64,000 nt of DNA from Octopus bimaculoides (lineage: Eukaryota), in the NCBI RefSeq assembly GCF_001194135.2, contig NC_068983.1, positions 92,484,086-92,548,085 of the forward strand. Reading direction: 5' to 3'. This document shows, one piece after another, positions 1 to 10,557 of the stretch. The notes beneath the pieces were generated by a model that saw nothing but the letters and a program-made list of their open reading frames with translations, ran no database searches and was not told where the DNA came from. The translations under genes and the position numbers were made by a program. Each line of letters begins with the position of its first letter. Positions within the stretch are counted from its first letter, which is position 1.

Positions 1-208
1 TAAGGACATTGGGGAAATCAAAATGAATGCAACATGGCAGCTGCTGATTATCTCAGAAAACAAGTTCCAGGAATGCTTCCGCCAATGAAAACAGTGCGGA
101 TTAAGTGTGTAGCTTCTGAAGGGGACTACTTTGAAGGAGATTAAATGACAAATTGGTACTTGTAGTTTTTATAGCACCAGTCCAGATACTTATTGATCAG
201 ATCTCATA
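1..208 (+). mobile_element. 3' end of a mariner transposon (transposase C-terminus plus right terminus)
   Basis: 100-144 translates IKCVASEGDYFEGD*, a typical mariner C-terminus. It is followed by a TIR-like end ttattgatcagatctca and TA at 207-208. Confidence 0.8.
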
Positions 209-236
209 TAAATACTGACAGAAAAATGAATGCAAA

Positions 237-545
237 TTTGAAAATAAATTCCTGAGGAAGAGCATGATTTATAAATGTGAAATGAAGGCAGGTGCACTAA
301 AATATGTGTACATTGGTGGGACATCAGACATGATGAAAAACTGTCTGGGAAACATTCTTGCATCATTCTTGGATGAAAATAAAAGTCACTGCGCATCTTT
401 AGCTAACCTCAGCTGAAGACTAAAAGTGAATGGAGTGGAACACACAACTAAGTGGTCTATATTAAAAAGACACCAAACCATATGATGGAACATCATAGGT
501 TTGCAACATATGACTGGAGGAAACACTGGAGATTTTTATCTCCCA
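237..545 (+). mobile_element. Penelope-like element remnant, GIY-YIG endonuclease
   Basis: Reads FENKFLRKSMIYKCEMKAGALKYVYIGGTSDMMK...NILASF...KWSILKR, then after a frameshift KPYDGTS*VCNI*LEETLEI. The IYK/YIG motifs and KWSIL..PY..CNLCLEEK pattern match PLE endonucleases. Confidence 0.7.
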
Positions 546-1760
546 GGAAAACATAATTAATAGACACTTTGAAGTGGTTGTATCTTGTAGTTATAAAATA
601 AAAAAATATTTCCTGGGACTGGAACAAAGTATTATGAAACCAAAAACAACATCATTAGCATCAAACCAAACAATAGAGAAACCTCTCAAATGATGTAAAC
701 AAAATGACCTTATGTACAGCATGGAATTTATTACAAGGAAATTTTAGCATAACAGGGTCTAAATATCAAGAATACCACCATAAACCATGTACATAATATT
801 GTGCTTATTATTATCTAATTGAACATACAAGGAAAATAATATTAGATGAATATACTGGCTCAACAGAAAAACTAACAACATCAACAAATGAATAGTAGCA
901 TCACTAACATATAACATGCCCCTTTAAGGAACAAATATTTGACAATGCAGCAGGTGACCCTGTGAAATACTTAACAATACCAAGGTAATCCCATTCCCCT
1001 CTTTCACCAGTGCCACTCAGAAATCCTGAACTGATAACATCTAAACAAATATTTGCTCCCTTATCCTTACAGCTTGTAAAATCATTAATGTAGCACCCTG
1101 TCAAAGTTGAGGTTAAATCAAAACATTCAATGCACCCCTCTCACAGCACCATGTACACTGAAATCAAAACAAGGCAAATCATTACCATCTTCTTTTCTTT
1201 CTCCTCTTACATTATTTATTCTTTCTCTCTTTTCTTTTTCCTATCCACACATGCCTTCTTGCACAAATCTAGAATACAAAGTAAAATTTCACTTATGTCC
1301 TCCCTCCCATACTGTTTCTATCTATCTATCTGTATGATAAGTCCAAATATTTACAAGAACCACACATAAATCTTACAGAACCTTCTGATTGGTGTATCCC
1401 TTAACATTCAGTACAACCAGAACACGAGAGTAATTTTTGGTTGAAGAAATGAAGACACATAATGATGGCTCCCCTTAAAATCCCAAGACATTACAAATCA
1501 TATTTGTAATGTCCTATGGATGGGGAATACAGCCATAAAAGACATGCTTTGTGGAAACATATGTAGCAATGCATTAAAATATTTATGAATTTCCATCCAA
1601 AAGTTCTCATTATTGCTATATTTATCCTACACTATAGTGGGACCAGACTTCTATAAAATTACTATCAAAGATGGGAATAATAAGTTGTAGCCAGGAAAAA
1701 TAGCATAGGAGCTTTTTATGAGCACACTCAAAAATATTTCCCATAAAATTAAAGGATATA

Positions 1761-1764
<4 letters not shown>

Positions 1765-1810
<46 letters not shown>
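1765..1810. repeat. (TA)n microsatellite, representative of many (TA)n, (CA)n, (CT)n and (ATC)n tracts
   Basis: Directly visible. Similar tracts near 8690-8755, 16040-16085, 35685-35750, 48325-48360 and 54155-54195. Confidence 0.95.
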
Positions 1811-1816
<6 letters not shown>

Positions 1817-2879
1817 TATTTTTGGGAAGTGTATCTAAAAGCACATGTAAAGCTATAAATGATATCATGTAAATAATAGGAAATAATGGAATGAAAAACC
1901 CTTCTGGATAAAAGAAGTTGAGGGCTGTCCATGTCAGCAATACACACAGACACACACACGCACACATATATAGGCACCTCAATCAAGTAAACTCTCCTCA
2001 TATTGCCCTCTTCCCACATTTCTCCAGCTGCAGCTCTACTTGATACTGCTATACTTGTTATCCTGAACCATTTCACTTGTTAGCCATTTCTTCATTTACT
2101 AATATTGTTCTCTACACCCACAGGTTCCATAGGCTATCTTAACCCCTCGAACATCAAAACATCTTCCCTCATGCACTATACTTCTCTCTTTCTCTCTCTC
2201 TCTCTCTCTCAGCCAACCCAAACATGTCATCTCTCTCCTCCTCACTGTCAACTGTATCATCAATTCTACCTAACAGCTAGCATCCTTCTAGCCTCCTTAA
2301 CCCTTTCATTACCAACCCAGCTGAAACTGGCTCTGGCTCTGAGTACAAATGTCTTGTTTGCATAAGTTTTGAATTAAAATCTTCCAGCAAACTTTAGTCA
2401 CAATTCATGTTCCTAACACTAGCTGAATGATAACTAAATTATTTTACTAAATTTTTTGTTATATTTAAAGTAATTGAAAGAAACACAGAGCACCTCAAAA
2501 TAAATACAGTAATGAAAGGGTTAAATCATGCATCCCCTCCCTCAACCTTTCCGAAGCTTTAAAGATGTTGCCTACCTCCCTCTCTCCCATTTCCCTTATC
2601 TCTTTCCTCCACCCATATACTCTTGCAAAGCCCCATTCACTGTTACACACCTCATACCTTGAGGAGCCACATGGGCACCTCATCACCACAACTTGTCTCT
2701 TCATTCTTACTTTCTTTCTCCTAAATGTGAGTAGCCATGTAGCTCCTCTACAACATTAACTTGAACCTGCTCACTTCCTACCTCTTCTCCCATACCTTAA
2801 CCCCCAGCTAACATAAGGACGCCTACCCCTACCTCCTTTGGAATTTGTTGATTTGCCAGCTGCATAGCAATTCAAAGGT

Positions 2880-3062
2880 GCTGGTGGAACAAAAAATGCA
2901 CCCATTTCACACAAAGTGGTTGGCATCAGGAAAAATGTCAGCCATAGAAACCATGCCAAAGCAGACACTGAAGCATAATGCAGTCCTTGGACTATTGGAT
3001 CCTTGTCCAACTCTCCAACCATGCCAGCATGGAAGGCCAGCATTGAAATGATGATGATGATG
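2880..3062 (+). mobile_element. RTE-type 3' tail repeat (truncated LINE or SINE tail)
   Basis: gtggttggcatcaggaaaaatgtcagccatagaaacc...catgccagcatggaaggccagcattgaaatgatgatgatga matches the tail of the RTE copy at 45140-45322. Confidence 0.65.
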
Positions 3063-3542
3063 AACACACACACACATGTATGTACATATATACATACATA
3101 CATGATGGCTGTAAACTTGTGTTCAAGTATTGCCATTACCTGATCGAAAGTCCCTCACATGCGAAGGCTAGGACCAACCAGTTTTGTGATAGGTCTTTCT
3201 TTTTTTTCAAAGCAATGCCTGTGCATGATGATTTTTTTATAGTGAGGAAAGGATTTGCTCAAATCCCACTCTATGAACATGAACCACATAAACTCAAAAA
3301 GAAGAACTAGTCTACATCATCAAATATTGTTAGTGCTGCAGATTTTTTCTCAGAGTTTCACTCTCCTAGAAAGATGTTATGACAACAACAGAGGCGCCTC
3401 CCACTCCCAGTGGGCCAACTGCATGCCTGGACTACTAACCCAGGTATTTCCACATCCCCACACATACATACACACACATGTACACATATTGCTTGATGGC
3501 TGTTGAGTGCTCACGAGTTTTTTGTCATACATACATACATAA

Positions 3543-3692
3543 ACTTCTTTCAATTTCCATCATCCAAATCCACTCATAAGGAATTGATTGGCCCAAGACT
3601 ATAGTGCAAGACACTTACCCAAGGTGTAATTCAGTGGGACTGGACCTGAAACCATGTGGCTGGGAAGCCAAGTTCTTAAGCACACAACCATA
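3543..3692 (-). mobile_element. tRNA-derived SINE head
   Basis: The reverse complement has degenerate A/B boxes followed by ccttgggtaagtgtctt...gagtggatttgg...gaaagaag, shared with copies at 7990, 8757, 34845 and 48050. Confidence 0.7.
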
Positions 3693-4127
3693 TCAGCTGT
3701 ATTAACATTTAATATGTTAATACTGATTGTATATCTACCTAGTGATTCTCACATCGCTACTTTATGATTTAAGAAAAATTTGACTGCTATTTGTAGTAGG
3801 TTAAGTGACTATATAGAAGGTCTCTCATTTGCTTGATCACCTGGTAACTATTGTAATTACTTCCCTGTATTTTAAAGCAATAAATTATATATGTAATTGT
3901 AGTGATGAAATGAGATAATTATGTCTTGAAATGAAGTGAGATTAATTACACTTGAAATTAATTTTCCTGTTGTCAATCATTTTGTTTAATTAAATTAGAG
4001 TTTTAGCCCTAAACTCTTTGACAGCAGTATTAGATATATTTTAAAAACAGTAAGTAATACAAAGAAATTGAGGTTTGGGATTACTGACCACTCCTAATTT
4101 ATTAAGTGGTTACCAATGTATTACAGT

Positions 4128-5570
4128 GTAAGTGGGGTCCACTCCTTGATTCTTCAGTGCTGTAAGGAGCAATGTGAATTCTATGGAGTCGAAGGCCATC
4201 TCAAATTCAGCAAAGGCAAAACAGAGTGAGATGTTGTAGTTTTTCACCTTTTCTTGCAGTTTTACTGGTAACCTGAATGTGATCAATAATAGAAAATCTT
4301 GTCTTCAAGCCAGTTTGTTCTTTTGGTTGATAGAGGTCCAGGGTGCCAAACATTCTTCTAAGCATAATGCAGTTCATTTTGTCACCTTTCTTGTAAAGAA
4401 ATACCACTGCTAGCATCTGTGAAACAGCTTGATGAGCATCATCATGATGGGTTCTCCACTGTCCTGAAGAATATCAACACAGATGTTATCCTCACCAGTT
4501 GCCTTATCTCTCTTGAGTTGGTTCACGTTCACTCTCATATCTGATGGTATGATGGGAAGAGGGCATAGGGTTGGTGTTGAGTTGTTGGAGAATGGATGGT
4601 CTTGAGGTTGTCTGGTGCAATACAGTTTGCTATAGAATTCCTCACATTGCAACATTGAAAGATCTTTACAGCAGTGCAACATCAGCCCTTAAGTTACACT
4701 AAGTCAGTGATAAGATCAAGCTAGAGAAAGGAGCAGGACAAAGCGACAACATCTCACCAAAGTTATTTACATTGTGCCTGCAAGATACTGTCATCAACAA
4801 AATCCAGTGGGACGAAAAAGGCATCAACATTGATGGAGAAAAACTACAACACCTGGATTTTGTATATGATATCATCTTGACAGTGTATATACCTAAGGAA
4901 CTGGAGGAAATGCTCATCAATATCCACACTGCAAGCCAATCTGTCAGCCTCAACATGAACCTTGGAAGGACCAGAATCATGTTCAACAGGCATGCTGTGC
5001 CAGCATCCATCAGTGTAAACAGCAAGACCATAGAAGAGGTAGACAGCTATGTTTACCTGGAAAAATGGTGACAAAAGATGGAAATCTCTTCTGGGAAATC
5101 AAAAGAATAGCACTTGGTTGGGTTCAATGAAAATTAAAAGAAAGATCTTCAACAAGTACATCCTGCCAGTGATGATTTACAACAGTGAAACACAGGTTCT
5201 CAAGAACTGCAATTATGAATGCCTTCATTGTAACCCAATGAAAAATGGAACAAATCATGCTCAGCATCACTTGTGGGACAAGTAATCCAACACCTGGATA
5301 CAACAGCACATGAGAGTAGACAACATCATAAGAACCATCAACAAGTACAAATATAGATGGGCTGACCACATAGCACAACTGAAGGACAACAGATAGACAA
5401 TCAGGGTGACAGAATGGACACCAAGACAATGGACAAGATAAAAGCTGATCAAAGAGAAGGTGGCAAGATAATCTCATCCACTACTTTAGACCTATATAGT
5501 CATGACTGACCAGAGACAGATTGGTGGAAGGAGGTCAAGGAGGAGTTTCTTCTTCAGGAGTGATGAAGCC
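4128..5570. mobile_element. RTE/BovB-like LINE with inverted 5' segment (4128 to ~4649 on -, ~4643 to 5570 on +)
   Basis: Minus strand: CEEFYSKLY...KATGEDNI...FLYKKGD...FAEFEMAFDSIEF...QGVDPTY. Plus strand continues IATLKDLYSSATSALKLH*VSDKIKLEKGAGQSDNISPKLF...YRWADHIAQLKDNR. Many stops and frameshifts. Confidence 0.85.
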
Positions 5571-6584
5571 CTAGAATGGAGTGGTTAGCAATAGGAAGGG
5601 CATTCAATTGAAAAAATAAAAAGATGGTACTCTAAAAAGTAAATCTTTTTTCATGCATGAAAAATGCACTTAAAACAGATTTAGAATATTACATTTTTCT
5701 TGACAGAGGTAAATGTCAGAGTTAAAAATCAGCAAAATATACTAAGGTATGTTGTTGCTAGGGAATCAGCTGGTACACCTAGAAATCATACATACTTCCT
5801 ATACTGATTGTATATGTATTGTATTTAATCATATATAAGTCACTCCTCCAATTTAGTGTTAAGTCTTACTACAAGTCACACTATAGTTTTTTCAGTTAAA
5901 ATCAAGTAGAAAACAGTATGACTTATATACCAGTAAATATAGCATCTGTGTAGATGTCAGGAATTAGTTATGTGGTGGTGTAATTTGATAATAGGTGTGC
6001 ACAAAAAAAAATTATATCTTTCTAAGAAGCATAGAAATTTGTTAATTCTATGTTTAATCTTGTTTTAAGTTGTAAGTTGGGAATAACACAGAATCTATAC
6101 TACCTGACTAATGTTAATAAGACCTAGGTTACATCAAAGCCAGAGCATTCAAAATGTAGTCATCTGGTTGTCAGGACCAAACACTCTCTCATTGATTTTA
6201 ATTTGCAAAATATCTAAGAATAACCATAAATTTTATTATCATTGTTTTTATATCCAATTTTTTTTAATGTTTGCATGGGTTGGACAGGCTTCTAGTGTAA
6301 CATCTCTGCATTTGTTTTGTTTTTCTTTTCTCACCCTTTTCGTGAGAGAGCTTTGCAGGTCAATTTACGTCACTTCTTCTTATGTTTTCCTTGGTCTTCA
6401 TCAACCACAGGTCCTTCCACTTGGAGCAACTGGCACTTATTTAATCCATCTATCATCGTACATGTCATGTGTCTATACCAGTGCAGTCCTCTGTAGCACA
6501 CTAAGTTTAATTCCTTTTATATTCAGTTTTCTTGTTTGATGCTGCTGACTGCAAGGTTTTTTATTTGTTTTTTCTTTTACCTAG

Positions 6585-6809
6585 GTGAATGACCAAAGTT
6601 TACTTGGCACCAGTCATGCAGAAGCTGTGCAAACCTTACGGAGTGTCAGTGATGAAATCGAGATTCTTGTCTGCAGTGGTCATTCTGAAGAAAAGATACT
6701 GCCAGACATTACTCCCTCTCCTCTTACACCTGTGTTGTACAAACCTGATTCCAATTCTATCTCAAACATCAGCAGCCAAAAAAGTGATGACCCTCTTGTC
6801 AGCTCACAG
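6585..6809 (+). CDS. scrib: Exon of a Scribble-like LAP/PDZ scaffold: C-terminal half of PDZ4 plus Ser/Pro-rich linker
   Basis: Acceptor tttcttttacctag and donor CAG|gtcagt; 225 nt, phase 0-0. VNDQSLLGTSHAEAVQTLRSVSDEIEILVCSG closely matches human SCRIB PDZ4 as recalled (VNQQSLLGLTHGEAVQLLRSVGDTLTVLVCDG). PDZ identity is firm; orthology needs a search. Confidence 0.85.
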
Positions 6810-7989
6810 GTCAGTTAGTTTTTCATACATATATTTTTTTTCTCACAAATATACATATATGTACAAATGCATAAATATATGTAAATGTTTGTGTGTGGAA
6901 TTAAAAAGAAGCCTGGTTAATAAGTTTAATTTCTTTCCTGTGATAAGGTCTATCCTAAACATTAGACTTCTCCTCATGACAAAATCATTTACTCTAATTT
7001 GCAAATATTTGTATTGAAACATGTCATCCCTAGCTTTCCTACTTCTACTGTTTTACATAAGTTTAATGTTAAAGTTTTTAAGAACTTAAATATATTTCTT
7101 TATCATTCCAATAAAACTTTTCAAGCATATCATGTAACTTTAAAGCCTTAGTTTTGGTTGAGCTATCACCAAGGAATCAAGAAAAGAACCACTGCAAACT
7201 TAGGCAATATACACATTTCTCTAATTGCATCATTCAACCGAGGTAGTAAATAAATATTATCTACTCTACAATTGAGTGATTAATGTTAAAAATGGCAGAC
7301 CCCCGATAGTAAATCTTATTTCAAAACTTTGTATTGACAGTCTAAAATTATAAACTGATCAAATATAGTCTAGCATGCAAAAATAAATGTTTCTTTAGGT
7401 TGAATTTAATTTACAGAGTGATCATGCAGACTCTCATACAACAGATGGCATTTTAGTGTTTCACTGTCGTTGCTTATTTTATTTAAGCCATTCAAAGACC
7501 TGTTATTTATCAAATATTTTGACTTTATGAGATGAAACACAAAACCATTTTCCTCTTTGTATATTCACTTCACATGAGGCAAGTTGACAGCTAACATGTT
7601 CTGGTTTCTCTTTCCAAGGATGTTAAGGAAACAGCAAACCTAGATCAGAATCGGCTCACTTTTCAGCTGTCTTAAACCACAAGGTGCATTATGCTAAATG
7701 AAAAATCATTTGCTGATCTTTATTTCTACAAGTTTAAGAATATGTGTGTAAACTAGTCATTACTAATACAATTACCTTATAACAAGTTTGCTTGATAATC
7801 TCAAAACTGGCAAATGCTTAAACAGAACCATTCTTCAATCAGGTCTGGTGTTCATCTGTATTTTTTGAAGCGTTTTTATATAATTAATGTTTTTTTAATT
7901 TAATAATCAATAATTTCTAATTTAAGAAATTTATTTTCAAATATTGTGACTGCATCATAAACTTTCTCTAAAATCCTTTTTTGAATACG

Positions 7990-8136
7990 CTATGTGATTA
8001 AGAAATGTTCTTCCCAACCACTTGGTTTTGCGTTCATTCCCACTACATGGTACCTTGGACAAATGTCCATTGACATAGCCCCAAAGCCTTGTGAGTGGAC
8101 TTTGTAGATAGTACCCAAAAGAAGACCATCATATAA

Positions 8137-8170
<34 letters not shown>

Positions 8171-8490
8171 GAGTGGGTTTGTATTTGTCTTGTCTACATA
8201 TCTGATTGATAATTGATTGTAAGCAATGACTTCTTTAACAGGATAGTTTGCTTGCAGAAAAGTACACCTAAACTTCATGATAAATCTTGAAATGTTGCAT
8301 AATACAGTGTCATTTATTTCAGGCTCTCCATGTACACATGTCTGAGCAGTTTGTTGTTTGATTGACAGGGAAATCATTACCTCACTTGGAAATAAGTGGA
8401 GGGTGAAGAAACTCTGCTTCAACATACTCCTGACTGACCCATTCAAGCATGGAAAAGTAGACATGAAAATGATGACAATGACTGATAAAT
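7990..8490 (+). mobile_element. Tripartite SINE: tRNA head, (GT)n, body, RTE-like tail
   Basis: Head ~7990-8125, (GT)n ~8137-8165, tail ...gacccattcaagcatggaaaagtagacatgaaaatgatgac. Confidence 0.65.
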
Positions 8491-8499
8491 CATCATCAT

Positions 8500-8689
8500 C
8501 ATCATCATTTAACATACCCTTTTCCATGTATGGGTCTGACAGAATTTGTTGAGGCAGATTTTCTACAGCTGGATGCTCTTCCTGTCATCAACCACCACCA
8601 TTTATCAAACAAAGTAATATTTCACCATAGCTAGATATATTTTTCATGTAAGATGGGAAACACACAGCCTTGCTGATACAAAAGTGATG

Positions 8690-8758
<69 letters not shown>

Positions 8759-8925
8759 ACAAGCTTCTTTCAGTTTCCATTTAACAAATCCACTCAGAGG
8801 CTCAAGTGTCCAAAAGTCCAAAGCTTCAGTCAGCAGAAGACACTTACCCAGAGTGCTACACAGTGCAACTGAACCCAAGATCACATTAGGAAGCAAGCTT
8901 CTTAACCACTCAACCATGCCCATGC
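8500..8925 (-). mobile_element. Second SINE of the same family, tail-to-tail with the 7990 copy
   Basis: Tail tcatcatttaac...ccatgtatgggtctgacagaatttgttgaggcag, a microsatellite at 8690-8755 and a tRNA head at 8757-8925. Confidence 0.7.
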
Positions 8926-9269
8926 CTATATAATTATATACTCAATGTTGTTATACAGCTCATGGCAAGGCAAATGAGAGCATAATCTGTGACCTCTGCC
9001 AGAAGTGTCCCAGAGAAGAGAGCCAGTACATACAAAAACAACATTCCCTGAAGCAGGAGAGTCCTTATGAAATGAAGAATAACGATCTCAAATTGCTTAA
9101 ATAAACAACATAATGATAGCAAGAAATTCTTCCTCAAAAATTCACTCTAAAAGATTGAAAATAAACCCAGCCTCTCTCAAGAAAAAAGCAAGGGAAAAAA
9201 GAAAAACTAGGGCAGTGGAAAATATATAATTAAATCTTTAAGCCTTCCACAAGTTTGTGAAAGTGTCTG

Positions 9270-10557
9270 TCTCAGTGCATACAAAATAATGCCACTGTTT
9301 GTAGAAGATAATTTACTAACTGCAGATCCAAGGATAAGTGACATGCTAAATAAACAATTCCAAAGTGTCTTCACCTCTCCACTGGGAAATATATAAATAA
9401 GCAGCACTGCAGATCTACATGGGAAAGAGGCAACCAAAGATTACATTGACATAAAGGAGGAAGATGTAATATTGGCTATTGATGAGAGGAACTCAAACTC
9501 AGTCATGAGCCAAGGTGGATTTCCAGCTGTTCTTTGAATGATGTACAAGAAAGTTCTTGCAAAACCACTGCAGGTACTTTTTCAGAGTTCCCTTGCATGT
9601 GGTAAACTTCCCAAAATGTTAAAAGAAGGAATAATATACCCTCTCCGTAAAGGAGAAAGCAGAGATGCTAAGGATTGCAGGCCTTTCTCTCTGACCTCAC
9701 ATGTTAGCAAGGTCATGGAACACATTTTCAGAAGGCAGCTGATCCTGTTCCTGGAAGAAAATAACTTGCTCATAAAGACGTACCATGGCTTCTGTCCAGG
9801 AAGGGGCTACCTCACATGGCTACTACAGTATTATGACTGAGTATTGAAACAGCAGCTCAACTGGTCAAATGGGGATGTGATATATCTTAACTTTGCCAAA
9901 GTCTTTGACAAAGTTGATCATGGGATGATATGTCACATACTGCATGACTTTTTAAAAAGTAGAAGTCAGAAGTTGCAGCCAGTTGTATTCTCTCTGGGGA
10001 GACATCAGTTCTCAGCAGAGTCCTTTCAGGGGACTGTACTGGGACCACCACTACTGTGTGTGGTGGTTCTGTCAACATGCTCTCAGGCATACAGTTAGCC
10101 ATTCTCTCCAGCTATGCTGATGATACAAAAGTACACAGGCAGTCAAGAACCCTAGTGACATCCTAAAACTGAATATCTGAATGCAATATACAAATGGGAT
10201 GAAGAAAATAACATGCACTGCAATACCAAGAAGTTTCAAGCACTCCACTATCACCCACAAACAGACTACAGTTGAAATACATAGGACCAGTGAGTAATGC
10301 AATCTCCAAGTCAAAGTGTGTAAGTAATGATGCAACATTCCATGTGCATATTACCAAGACAGCAACACTGGGTAGCTGGCTGGATTTGAATATCATTCAG
10401 AACTAGGAGAAATGTTACCACGCTACTCTCAGTCATCTGGATTATTACTGCTCCCACTTGTTCTGTCACAAATTTTATGCTCTCCAGTGACCACTGGAGA
10501 GCATAAAATTTGTGGCAGAACTCAAGGTAATCCAGTACCACTACAAAAAGAAAATGG
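9270..10557 (+). mobile_element. CR1-group LINE, RT region (5' part, interrupted by a Gypsy insertion)
   Basis: LNKQFQSVFT...LFQSSLACGKLP...CRPFSLTSHVSKVMEH...YHGFCPGRG...VIYLNFAKVFDKVDHG; YADD encoded at 10113-10124. Degenerate. Confidence 0.85.

Noticed and set aside
4105-5592. gtggtta(c/g)caat on both sides of the inverted RTE as a TSD
   Set aside because: The left copy is about 10 nt away from the element edge and the right copy belongs to a common tail repeat, so it is not a clean TSD.
5707-5746. Possible 40-nt exon (ttgacag ... AAG|gtatgt) upstream of the PDZ exon
   Set aside because: The only open frame gives VNVRVKNQQNIL, which has no resemblance to the expected PDZ4 N-terminal half, and its end phase does not match the phase-0 start at 6585.
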